A stretch of DNA of 47,967 nt, from positions 1 through 47,967 of the IMG/VR virus record IMGVR_UViG_3300030202_002181; one strand, given 5' to 3'. The position numbers and the translations under genes were made by a program. The notes beneath the pieces are model-generated. The model was not told the DNA's origin and made no database searches. It saw only the letters and a program-made list of their open reading frames with translations. This document shows, piece after piece, positions 28,542-37,286 of this stretch; the first letter of the stretch is position 1, and every line of letters begins with the position of its first letter. The stretch is from a virus (lineage: Duplodnaviria; Caudoviricetes).

Positions 28542-30623
28542 TCAGGCATGAATAACGGTATCTGTTGCGATGACCTTTATTGCCTTTGGTAATATCTTCA
28601 ACTTTGCTCTTAGTGGCCCCTTGTCCTCTGGTATCGGTAGAGGTGCCTCAACAATGTAATAGTCATCAATGAGTATGTCAATGCTTTCTGCTGTACCACT
28701 AGATACGACTTTGTTGAATGAGAGGCGTATCATGTCAGAATCTGTCTGTGCTGCCTCATCAGTATCATCGAAGTTCTCAACTGCTCTTCGCATGTTGTGA
28801 TAGAATAGAGGGTCGTCTACGATTATCTCCATCTCCAAATCATACTCAGTCTTACCCTCAACTGCCAACGTAGGGTTACGTGTCCCTGCAAATGGAACTT
28901 GGTCAGTGGCAGCGTTGCCTATGTTAGCAGCACTGATGGTATAGTACTGCTGGACTCCGGTCTTGCCGTTTAGAGTGAAAGACACTACTTGCCCTAGTTG
29001 GGTACCTAGCATGCTTATGTTGCCGTTGTAGAACATGAATGGTTTTTGAGTGCCCTTCTCTATACCAGATTGCTTTCTCTTGACTTCCGTGTTAGCGGTA
29101 TCCTCAAACAATCTATGAGTGTTGTACCTGTCACCGGGGTTGGTTGACTCCAATCTACCTGTGTCTGTATAGCACAGTGCTGAGTCGAAATTTACAGTCA
29201 TGCGTAGCGCAGCGTCTGTGTCAGCGTTCAGGGAGAAGTCCTTAACCTTACAACCCCTGAATACACGAGTCAACTGCTTGGAATCCGTAGTACCACCGTC
29301 AAATGTACCAGCATTGCTGTCTGTGTCCCTTCTTCTAACGCTAACTTCCATCGCAAATGAGGGGACAGTGGTGCGTGAGAAGAATAGGTGATTGACGGGA
29401 TTGGACAAGGCACCAGTGGTTTTGTTTCTGTGTGGACTGCCGTTGCTTGAATCAGTCTGGTATCTAGCGAAGTAAACTCTGGCATTGTTGTCATATGCAT
29501 AGTGAAGAGGGTCGTCCAACCAGACCTTTGCATCACCACCGGACATGCTTATTGCCACTATCCTTCTGACCTCCTCCTTGATTGCTTTGTCAATTATCTG
29601 AGTGGCATTGACTGCTGGCCATGCATCCGCTGCTAAGTCTCCACCAACACCAGTGTCTCTGTATGTTTGAACATCGACTCTGTCGACCGTATCACTAGCA
29701 CCATCGATGAAGATGTAATCGCCTATCTTCAAATCAGCACCACTACCACCATCCGCTGGTATTCTAGGATTGGTACTGCCACTGCTGTCGAAGGTGATGA
29801 ATGACGTCCCAGCCTCGGTTGCTGCTGCTAGTTGATACGTATCACTAGCATGACCCTGTTGCCTTACACTGTCTGCGTTTACGACTTCCTGCCCTAAGCA
29901 GTAGTAAAACCACCTGCCGTTGTGTATGTTGCAATCGAAAGAGCCTCCCACGTTGGTGAACCTACCGGGGACCTGTACTGCCACATCACGACCAAGACCT
30001 ACCACGTGATACCTCTTGAGGTCAACTTTGGTCTCAGGGAGGGAGACTGTGCTTACCAGTCCAACGAATTGGTCAGTCAAAACACTCTCAGCAGATGCAT
30101 TAGCAGCATCGGCATGGGCCATGTCAACGTCGATGTTGGGCGTTGCAAATGGTAGGATGGTCATTACATCGTTTGACTCGGAGTCCTTGTCAGCAGCACT
30201 ATGGTCGGTTTTCAGTGCTGGTGTTATCGTAATCTCAGTCTTACCGTCATTGTCATTGTTAGCATCATTGGCGACTTCCTGCTTGATGATTGTGAACATT
30301 CTGCCACTGTTACCGTAATCATCATCCTGTGAGAAGTTGGAACTCCCAGATGCTATTGAGAAGATGACTTTGCTACCGACTAACATGCCATTTGGAAACT
30401 CAAGTATACCGCTGTTTACTGGTGTATCTGCAACACCACCGCTAAGAACGATTACACTGGTGTCTTTAACCAAGTCTTGATGTGGTGCATTAGCAGCATT
30501 AGCGCCAGTTTCGAAGGAAGCAGTGAACTTGAAGGAACCCGCATAGTTGTGCTCCAAGCGTATTGCAGACTCGTGCCCGAACGTTACTTCGGACAAATCT
30601 CCACGATAAACTGTCGACGGCAT
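28542..30623 (-). CDS. Major tail tube protein with inserted domains (693 aa)
   Basis: Tube-type motifs GGSFDCNIHNGRWFYYCLG, TVPSFAMEVS, RVFRGCKVKDFSLNA and KPFMFYNG. GAGGTGA SD. Precedes the chaperones and tape measure. Confidence 0.75.
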   Translation of the reverse strand: MPSTVYRGDLSEVTFGHESAIRLEHNYAGSFKFTASFETGANAANAPHQDLVKDTSVIVLSGGVADTPVNSGILEFPNGMLVGSKVIFSIASGSSNFSQDDDYGNSGRMFTIIKQEVANDANNDNDGKTEITITPALKTDHSAADKDSESNDVMTILPFATPNIDVDMAHADAANASAESVLTDQFVGLVSTVSLPETKVDLKRYHVVGLGRDVAVQVPGRFTNVGGSFDCNIHNGRWFYYCLGQEVVNADSVRQQGHASDTYQLAAATEAGTSFITFDSSGSTNPRIPADGGSGADLKIGDYIFIDGASDTVDRVDVQTYRDTGVGGDLAADAWPAVNATQIIDKAIKEEVRRIVAISMSGGDAKVWLDDPLHYAYDNNARVYFARYQTDSSNGSPHRNKTTGALSNPVNHLFFSRTTVPSFAMEVSVRRRDTDSNAGTFDGGTTDSKQLTRVFRGCKVKDFSLNADTDAALRMTVNFDSALCYTDTGRLESTNPGDRYNTHRLFEDTANTEVKRKQSGIEKGTQKPFMFYNGNISMLGTQLGQVVSFTLNGKTGVQQYYTISAANIGNAATDQVPFAGTRNPTLAVEGKTEYDLEMEIIVDDPLFYHNMRRAVENFDDTDEAAQTDSDMIRLSFNKVVSSGTAESIDILIDDYYIVEAPLPIPEDKGPLRAKLKILPKAIKVIATDTVIHA

Positions 30624-30637
30624 GGCTTCCTCTCACC

Positions 30638-31087
30638 TCATGGGATTAACTCTGCAAAGATAACAACTTCTATCTGGAAGGTCATTCTGAAGAGTTTCTT
30701 GCTCCTATCTGACAAATCCGTGCGAGTTTTGTACACCAATCTGTCAAAGTTGACACCGTCGCCTTTTCTGTTCAGATGAATGCATCTTCTCAACTCGTTC
30801 TCCATCTTTTGAAAATGCGTGCGACTCCTCATGGTTCGCATGTCTACGGTGATGTTTATCCTAGTCGTCACGAAGTCATACAGCAACTCAGGGGTCTCCT
30901 CGTTGTGCGCTGTCTCAAAGACGAGTAAGAAGTCAGTCTTATCCAAGTCCAGACGCTTGCCTCTCTCAGGTCCGGTCTCGGCTATATCAATGATAACAGG
31001 CTTGTAGTTGTCAGTGTTGCCCCTGCTCCAATTATCGCTGAGCACATCAACCACAGCATCAATGCCCTCTTTGAACGTCGCTACCAT
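30638..31087 (-). CDS. Putative tail terminator / tail completion protein (149 aa)
   Basis: Size, position directly upstream of the tube gene and a C-terminal LFRMTFQIEV strand typical of gpU-like terminators. Confidence 0.6.
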   Translation of the reverse strand: MVATFKEGIDAVVDVLSDNWSRGNTDNYKPVIIDIAETGPERGKRLDLDKTDFLLVFETAHNEETPELLYDFVTTRINITVDMRTMRSRTHFQKMENELRRCIHLNRKGDGVNFDRLVYKTRTDLSDRSKKLFRMTFQIEVVIFAELIP

Positions 31088-31089
31088 GA

Positions 31090-31422
31090 TTAGAACTCCA
31101 TGAACTCTTTCTTCTTCTTCTCACGGTCATAAGCGTCGTGGTCAGGGAGAATGACGCCTCCCTCGTTTCTTAGTTTATACTCAATTAATATAGGGGATTC
31201 AGTCATCATTCTTCGGTTGACCCTATCCTGCAATAGGGCCTCGTCCTCGAACGATAAGTCATCACCATCAAGACCCCTCTCGGTTCTCTCTACAGCCTCC
31301 CTGTAGTCAGAGCCCTCTGTTACTGCTTTCTGTATTTCTTGCTGGACATCACCACTGCCTAGTGCAGCATCGAGTGTCTTCTTCCACTCAGCATAGACAA
31401 GTCTCTCCATTTCTTTACTCAA
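31090..31422 (-). CDS. Hypothetical protein (110 aa), neck region
   Basis: ORF packed between neighbours; no recognisable motif. Confidence 0.6.
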   Translation of the reverse strand: MSKEMERLVYAEWKKTLDAALGSGDVQQEIQKAVTEGSDYREAVERTERGLDGDDLSFEDEALLQDRVNRRMMTESPILIEYKLRNEGGVILPDHDAYDREKKKKEFMEF

Positions 31423-32980
31423 AGGAAATCACCTCTATGTATCTAGGTAGAGTCCTATCGATGTCTTGTCTGTATAGTTGTATCTTAGATGACAGGTCAA
31501 CGTTCTGAGTTCCCTCTGGTATGAGGACGCTTCTGTCATCGCTTAGTAGTAACTCGATGGCGACCATCTTAGTACAAACGTCCTCAATGGCTTTCTCCAC
31601 GTATCGCTCACCGTAGATGTATGCGACCTTGATTGCGTTCCACTCGAAGAACGGGTATGAGTTGTTGAAGTAGACTATGCCCATCTCATGGTCTACCCAG
31701 TAGTCCCTCAGTCTTGCCCTATCACCGCTAGAACTACCACCCTGCAAGTCAACTTGTAGTATGTTTTGTGTTACGGTGAGTCCATTCAAATCGTCTACGG
31801 AAGAGCCTATGACAGAAGCGCACCCAGTGAATGTTGTGGCTGTCTTACCTGTGTATCTAATAGCGGTATCACCAACGGATAGAACCCCAGCAGAAACAAA
31901 TCCAGATGTCGAGTCAACGGTTAAGACAGTCGTTGTAGCATTGCTGACAGTTGCAGTTCTCGTTTGTACTTGGTCTAACTCGATACTGCTGTCTGTAACA
32001 ACAACGCTACAAGATTCACCTGCTTGAGTAGACCGCATACTAGTGACTTTGACTTGACCACTACCGTAGTCTGCATTGGCCGTGGCTAGGAACTCGTTAT
32101 GCAAAGCGACGTTGGACGTGCTTCCTTCTAGTGTGAATGCGGGTGCAAACTCAACGGCTGCCTTGCTGACCCTGTCTTCCTTGTTAATTAGGTCAGCAAG
32201 ATTCTGTGCTGTAGTTATCATGTCGAAATCTGCTCTCCATTGTCCGGTTCCTGTGCCTGTTGTGAGTGTAGCCGCAGTACCATTGCCGGGAGACATAACG
32301 ATAGAGCCAGACAACGAACGTGGGTCGTCTGGTATCTTGATACGGAACTCAGCAGCACCTATCTCTCTGTAGTCATCACCTTGCCACAGTTCAACTCGTA
32401 GCAACTGTTGTACGTTTCTGAATAATAGGGGCGCTGTACCAACGTAATCAGTGTAGTATCGACGCCTGTACGGTTTGTATGTGTCGAAGTTAATGTACTC
32501 GGCAGAAACTAAATTAGGCCTCCATGAGTTGTGAGTCGTGTTATCTATTCTATCTTGTGCACGTAGAATGAGTTGCTTTACCTTCTCATGTGTGATGCCT
32601 CTGGTGCTTCCGTTTGTGAATGAGGCTTTGTTCTGTACGAATGGATTATCAGCAGTCTGGTAATCAGTGTCGGTTATCGAATCAGCAAAACCAAGTCTGA
32701 CTCCATTTATGTTTGAAGTTATAGTGGTAATTACCCTTTCCAAACCTAGAGGGTCAGCGTCACTGTATATCAGAATCGTGTCTCCTACTGCGAATCCGAT
32801 GTTACGAAAGTCAGTTCCAGTAACGAAAACCCCTGTAGTACCAGCGTCCGCCGCCATTGCCACTGCTTCTTGAGGACCTATCTCCAACAAGTCAGCGACT
32901 TTCTGTGGTGTGGTGTATGCAAGAGCATCAGGGTCAAGGGGTCTCGTCTCAGGCTCACCGGGACTGAATACTTGTGGCAT
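31415..32980 (-). CDS. Head-tail adaptor (gp6/gp15-like) with large insertions (521 aa)
   Basis: YTTPQKVADLL, LILRAQDRIDNTTHNSW and IKVAYIYGERYVEKAIEDVCTKMVAIELL follow the adaptor pattern, split by inserted beta-modules. Confidence 0.7.
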   Translation of the reverse strand: MPQVFSPGEPETRPLDPDALAYTTPQKVADLLEIGPQEAVAMAADAGTTGVFVTGTDFRNIGFAVGDTILIYSDADPLGLERVITTITSNINGVRLGFADSITDTDYQTADNPFVQNKASFTNGSTRGITHEKVKQLILRAQDRIDNTTHNSWRPNLVSAEYINFDTYKPYRRRYYTDYVGTAPLLFRNVQQLLRVELWQGDDYREIGAAEFRIKIPDDPRSLSGSIVMSPGNGTAATLTTGTGTGQWRADFDMITTAQNLADLINKEDRVSKAAVEFAPAFTLEGSTSNVALHNEFLATANADYGSGQVKVTSMRSTQAGESCSVVVTDSSIELDQVQTRTATVSNATTTVLTVDSTSGFVSAGVLSVGDTAIRYTGKTATTFTGCASVIGSSVDDLNGLTVTQNILQVDLQGGSSSGDRARLRDYWVDHEMGIVYFNNSYPFFEWNAIKVAYIYGERYVEKAIEDVCTKMVAIELLLSDDRSVLIPEGTQNVDLSSKIQLYRQDIDRTLPRYIEVISFE

Positions 32981-33279
32981 TAGAGCCTTGCCTCCTCATT
33001 TCTAGTTGCTAAATTATATTCCATTGGTCTGCTACAAGAACCACAAGTTTCTCTCCACATAAAATGAAGGAAGCCACAGTGCTTGCACCTTGTACCAGAA
33101 CCTATGTTAAGTATATCAGCGACGTCTTTGACGCGCTTGTTTTGTTTGCTTACAGTACCCTTCAAAGGATTGGGGTTGTCCCCAACCACTCCATCGTCGT
33201 ACTTTATGTCCGAACGTACGTTTTGTTTCTGTGCTCTGGATATGTCTTCGATATCAAGTTCTCTCAATTCGAAACCCAT
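32980..33279 (-). CDS. Small Zn-ribbon protein (99 aa)
   Basis: CKHC-x9-CGSC near the C-terminus. GGTGAGG SD. Confidence 0.75.
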   Translation of the reverse strand: MGFELRELDIEDISRAQKQNVRSDIKYDDGVVGDNPNPLKGTVSKQNKRVKDVADILNIGSGTRCKHCGFLHFMWRETCGSCSRPMEYNLATRNEEARL

Positions 33280-33294
33280 TCATACCCCTCACCA

Positions 33295-33489
33295 TCAAAC
33301 GTATGTCACCAGTATGTAGACATTACCCAAAACCGTAAACGGGTCCGACGCTATCAGGCTGGTAGTGCTTGACGCATCACTCAACGTACCTACAGCAGTT
33401 GCTATGGTCGTTGACAGCGTGGACGTGTCACTGAACTCCTTCGGTGAGAAGGGTCCAACGACTTTGTACTTCGGTGTTAGGTTAGCCAT
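33295..33489 (-). CDS. Small hypothetical protein (64 aa)
   Basis: ATG with GGTGA SD; fills the gap between neighbours. Confidence 0.7.
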   Translation of the reverse strand: MANLTPKYKVVGPFSPKEFSDTSTLSTTIATAVGTLSDASSTTSLIASDPFTVLGNVYILVTYV

Positions 33490-33502
33490 TTAGGTCACCG
33501 CC

Positions 33503-33784
33503 TTAACTGCGGTGTCCCATAGCGAACCATGTGCCGTCTTGCCCGTTTACGTTCTGGATAACTAGGGAGGTGCCGTTGATGAGTGCGAACACTCCATCGA
33601 CTCCTGCTCCAGTTCCAGCAGTTCCGCTTCCCGCAACTGCGTTGCATGCTACTATGTCGGCTAATAGACCAGATAGGTCGATAGTGCCTCCAGCATCGCT
33701 TCCGCCATTGGTAAAGGTTCCAGTAACCATTAGCAGGTTACCCATTGTGTGTGGTCGTGTATCAATTGTACTTTCAAATGCCAT
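33503..33784 (-). CDS. Small putative virion (head decoration-like) protein (93 aa)
   Basis: Gly/Thr-rich beta protein downstream of the MCP. GGAGG SD. Confidence 0.6.
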   Translation of the reverse strand: MAFESTIDTRPHTMGNLLMVTGTFTNGGSDAGGTIDLSGLLADIVACNAVAGSGTAGTGAGVDGVFALINGTSLVIQNVNGQDGTWFAMGHRS

Positions 33785-33788
33785 TTAT

Positions 33789-34202
33789 TTATTCCTCCTT
33801 TATTATTTCCTCGACTGGTTCTTCGACGATTTCTTCTACTGGGGCCTCTTCTACTACGGCCTCCGGTACGACTACGGGGGCAGGTGGGTTAAGGACCTTG
33901 TCAACCAGACCCAATAGTTTGGTCTTAGTTTTGTATCCTCCACCCACGCTGCTTCCGTTATCTTCAAGCCATTTGATGATATTGGCTCTTGTCCAACCAT
34001 CATCTGGCAATCCGTCTCCATTCGAGTCAATGTGGACTCCTTCGTCTCCCTCAATCAGAAACACTGCGTCACTGATTTTCCTACGGAATTCGTCTAGCCA
34101 TTCCTGACTGACTTCCCTTTTCTGTCCACGAATGAATGCCGGGACCTTTGGGTCCGGGCTCTTCCTCTCGTAGTAGGGTCCTTTGTAGGTCATGTGGGGC
34201 AC
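33789..34202 (-). CDS. Protein with a HeH/LEM/SAP-like motif and an acidic tail (137 aa)
   Basis: LPDDGWTRANIIKWLEDNGSSVGGGYKTKTKLLGLV followed by EEAPVEEIVEEPVEEI. Confidence 0.6.
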   Translation of the reverse strand: MPHMTYKGPYYERKSPDPKVPAFIRGQKREVSQEWLDEFRRKISDAVFLIEGDEGVHIDSNGDGLPDDGWTRANIIKWLEDNGSSVGGGYKTKTKLLGLVDKVLNPPAPVVVPEAVVEEAPVEEIVEEPVEEIIKEE

Positions 34203-34213
34203 GAAAGACCACC

Positions 34214-34642
34214 TCAGACTACCACTAGCAGTAATTCTGCTCCAGTCGTGTCGTTAGTAGTACCGTCAGTTGTTGCCTCTATGTCGAAGGTCAGTACAAG
34301 GTCGCTGGTTTTTACCACTGCAAAGTTAGCAGTTGCGTCCGCGTGCTGTCCTACTACTGTTAGGATTTTGCTGCAAGAGCCGCTTAGGGTAAGAGTCTCG
34401 CCTTCTGCTAGAGCGCTGTTCATTGTCACAGCGACTAGCCTTGGGCTTCTTCTGTCTACTACCTGTGTGTTAGTTGCTTGGAAACCGTCTAGGTTACCGG
34501 GGTAACCAGCAGTTGCCTGTCCGTCGAGCCATAGTGTCTCGCTTTCGTCATTGCCAGCCCATAGACCAAGGTCTAGGTTGACCGTGGTGGTAGCGCTGCC
34601 GCTTGTTGTGTATGTTATTCCTCTGTGTGTTGTTGCTGCCAT
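34214..34642 (-). CDS. Putative capsid decoration / virion protein (142 aa)
   Basis: Thr-rich beta protein immediately after the MCP with a strong GAGGTGA SD. Confidence 0.6.
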   Translation of the reverse strand: MAATTHRGITYTTSGSATTTVNLDLGLWAGNDESETLWLDGQATAGYPGNLDGFQATNTQVVDRRSPRLVAVTMNSALAEGETLTLSGSCSKILTVVGQHADATANFAVVKTSDLVLTFDIEATTDGTTNDTTGAELLLVVV

Positions 34643-34676
34643 ATCATTTCACCTCTTTATTATCTCCTCTGCAACC

Positions 34677-35816
34677 TCACTTTAGGTCACGAATACTCCC
34701 TTGTGCGCCGAAGAAAGTGGTCCATATCTCACCCATGGTTCGGTATAGTCCCTCTTGACCCAATCTGTTGATTGCGAATGGGTCGCCAGTCTCGATTCCG
34801 CTCTCGAAGTACTGCGTTGGTATTGCAGTGCTAAAGTAGAGGTAGTCTGTATCTAGGTAGTAAATCTTGGATAGGTTTCCGTCGTCATCCATGTCCTTGG
34901 TTGGGATGATTGGTACACCGTTGTAGGTTGCGACGATGAATCCGGCTTCCATACCGGGAACACCTTTCACACCGTTGTAGGTTGGTGTAACTCTCTTCTC
35001 TTCCATGAACCTCTGCTGGGACTGTAGTAGTTGCTGTAGTCTCATTAGAGTGTCGTATCCAGTTAGCATGACCTTGGGGTTTCCACCACGCTCCCAGATT
35101 TGCTGGAACAATGTGTCCAGTTGGTCTAGGGATAGCGTTCGGTCAGTACCACCGCTGTCACAGTTGACTTCTGCGTCAGACCATGAGTTAGCGGACCTGT
35201 CGATGCTGTATAGGTCCATATCTGCGTCTGCGCTCACGTGAGTTGTACCGCCTCCCATTGCTGAGTGGCTTGCAGTAACTCGGTCTAGTGACTCGAAGTT
35301 GTTTGCTGCTGGTGTGTCGACGTCTGTTAGAAGCATCTTGTTGACCATCTCTGCGTGGTGCTTACCCATCTCTTCCTTTAGGACTGCTCGGATGTCTCCC
35401 AATCCGTCGTCCCTGTCTGCTAGGAAGATAGCTGTCTCAGACATATCGAACGTGTGTGCGATAGTCTTTGGCTTTGCAGCGATGTGCTGGAAGGTAGGCT
35501 TCACAGTGTCTGGTAGTATTGCATTCTCAGCTACACCACCGTGGACTACACCTGCGTTAGGCTTGTCTGTGATAACTCTCCAACCACTCCTGTCCCAAGG
35601 TCTCTTGGGTAGGATGCTGAAAGCGTTGAACTCTTGGTTTAGTTGCGACCAGACCTTGCGACCGTAGATTGCTTGGTATGTACCAGCAGTCGTGGACAGC
35701 ATAGGACTGTCAGCCTTGAGCAACTCGCTACCGGAGTAGGAGTAACCCATTGCGTTTCCGGCGCCATAGTAATAGCGCTCCATGTCAGTTATTGTTCGTA
35801 CGTAATCTCTTGCCAT
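34677..35816 (-). CDS. Major capsid protein, HK97 fold (379 aa)
   Basis: Follows the protease. HK97-like elements include VAENAILPDTVKPTFQHIAAKPKTIAHTFDMSE and FIVATYNGVPIIPTKDM. Resembles halovirus/magrovirus MCPs as recalled. Confidence 0.92.
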   Translation of the reverse strand: MARDYVRTITDMERYYYGAGNAMGYSYSGSELLKADSPMLSTTAGTYQAIYGRKVWSQLNQEFNAFSILPKRPWDRSGWRVITDKPNAGVVHGGVAENAILPDTVKPTFQHIAAKPKTIAHTFDMSETAIFLADRDDGLGDIRAVLKEEMGKHHAEMVNKMLLTDVDTPAANNFESLDRVTASHSAMGGGTTHVSADADMDLYSIDRSANSWSDAEVNCDSGGTDRTLSLDQLDTLFQQIWERGGNPKVMLTGYDTLMRLQQLLQSQQRFMEEKRVTPTYNGVKGVPGMEAGFIVATYNGVPIIPTKDMDDDGNLSKIYYLDTDYLYFSTAIPTQYFESGIETGDPFAINRLGQEGLYRTMGEIWTTFFGAQGSIRDLK

Positions 35817-35822
35817 ATTTCT

Positions 35823-35829
35823 TCACCTC
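35823..35829 (-). promoter_or_regulatory. Archaeal-type Shine-Dalgarno GAGGTGA of the MCP gene (same motif at 30633-30639 and 34649-34655; GGTGA variants before many other genes)
   Basis: GAGGTGA 6 nt upstream of ATG 35816; the motif recurs across the window. Confidence 0.8.
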
Positions 35830-35833
35830 TTAT

Positions 35834-37228
35834 TTACTCCGGGTTGAATGCCCTTGTAGCCAGATTGTGGACTTCACTCCATGACATTCTGGCTAGGTCT
35901 TCTGTTGAAGGCACGCTGACTGTTGGCTCTGCTGACTTCTGAATGGTTTCACCCACTGCTGGTGCAACGCCTGCCTCGATTCTCTCGGTCAGTGCTTCAA
36001 TTGATTTCTGTAGGTCTGCTAGAGGACCGCGTGCATCGTATGCTGCTGCCTCGGCTTTTGCGATTTCCTCTTGGCGCTCGTTTGAGTAGCGACTTGCAAA
36101 GTGGCTCTCAAGGCTTCCTCGGAACTCCTGCTCTAGTGCAGCAGCCTTGTAGACTTCGTATGCGGCCTCTACATCTGCGTCACTAACAAGTGCTGGGTCT
36201 AGATAGTCAGATTTCTTGACTTCTTTCTTACCACCGCTACCGGTTGTTCTGGAAATAGCGTTAGTAGAGGGAGCACCGTTTTCTTGTGCTCGGCCTTTTA
36301 CTTGACCACCGAAGTAGTCAGCACCGTCTCCAATAGACTCTGGTGTGGAACCCAAGTTAGCTTTGGAGAGGTCATCGAAATGGGCTCTTGCGCCATCGAT
36401 GTCGACTCCACCGCTCTTTAGGGTGTCTTCCATCCAGTTGAGGTAATCTGAAGTAATGACATCGGAAAACTCTTCAGACTTTTTCTTGTCTTCTTTGTCC
36501 TCTTCTTTCTTGTCTTCGCCCTTCATGTAGGCTTTCTCTTTGTCATCCTTATCCTCGTCTTTGCTGTCTTTCTTGCTTTCCATGTGTTCTTTCAGACCTT
36601 CGGGCATACCCTTCTCCATGGAGTCGAGTCTTCCTTCTAGACGAGAGAGCACATCGCTCATCTGTTTCATCATGTCGTCATTTTCTTCTGTCATGTTTAT
36701 GTCTCCTTTATCTTCTTTTAATATGCTAAAAGTTGCTTCTGGGTTTATTCCTTTTTCACAAATAGTGATTTCGTGTAGTTCAAGTTTACTGATTTCTTGG
36801 TAGTCGCCCCTTTTTGGGTCCGATTTCCTCATTCGCTTGAATGCTTGGCCTCCGATGCTGAATCCCCTTAGACTTCCCTTGCGTATTTCCGCTGAGACTT
36901 CCTTGGCCTTCTCGATGTCACTTCTGAGTTGTACTACAACAAACATCCCGACATCGTCGACTTCGCTTTTCCATAACCTCCCTTCACTATCTGTGTAATT
37001 TGGAACAACTTCTCCGACTTGTATATTTGAGTGCGCTAGTTGGACGTTTCTGTACTTCGGGTCTTCCATGAACTTCTGAAATGCGTCCTTCAATGCCCCC
37101 CTTGTGATTATATCGCCCTGCTTGTCAACCAACTCGACACTGGCGTAACCAGCGACAATGAGGTCTCTTCCACCCTTGAGGAGGGAAATCGACTCATCTC
37201 TTCTGAGTAGTTGCTCACTTAGGACCAC
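35834..37228 (-). CDS. Prohead (capsid maturation) protease, HK97 type, fused to a scaffold region (464 aa)
   Basis: AGYASVELVDKQGDII, LAHSN (His), GFSIGG (Ser) and LHEITICEKGINPEA, followed by a charged coiled-coil scaffold. Confidence 0.92.
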   Translation of the reverse strand: MVLSEQLLRRDESISLLKGGRDLIVAGYASVELVDKQGDIITRGALKDAFQKFMEDPKYRNVQLAHSNIQVGEVVPNYTDSEGRLWKSEVDDVGMFVVVQLRSDIEKAKEVSAEIRKGSLRGFSIGGQAFKRMRKSDPKRGDYQEISKLELHEITICEKGINPEATFSILKEDKGDINMTEENDDMMKQMSDVLSRLEGRLDSMEKGMPEGLKEHMESKKDSKDEDKDDKEKAYMKGEDKKEEDKEDKKKSEEFSDVITSDYLNWMEDTLKSGGVDIDGARAHFDDLSKANLGSTPESIGDGADYFGGQVKGRAQENGAPSTNAISRTTGSGGKKEVKKSDYLDPALVSDADVEAAYEVYKAAALEQEFRGSLESHFASRYSNERQEEIAKAEAAAYDARGPLADLQKSIEALTERIEAGVAPAVGETIQKSAEPTVSVPSTEDLARMSWSEVHNLATRAFNPE

Positions 37229-37286
37229 TGACCTTGCGTTGGTTTGTCATACTACTTATACCGCTCGCAGTACTAACTGCAAGGTT
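37229..37286 (-). promoter_or_regulatory. Candidate promoter for the protease-MCP operon (TATA-like TATAAGTA) with flanking inverted repeats
   Basis: TATAAGTA at 37260-37253, about 25-30 nt before GTG 37228, with no clear SD. ACCTTGC/GCAAGGT inverted repeat at 37231-37237 and 37279-37285. Confidence 0.5.
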
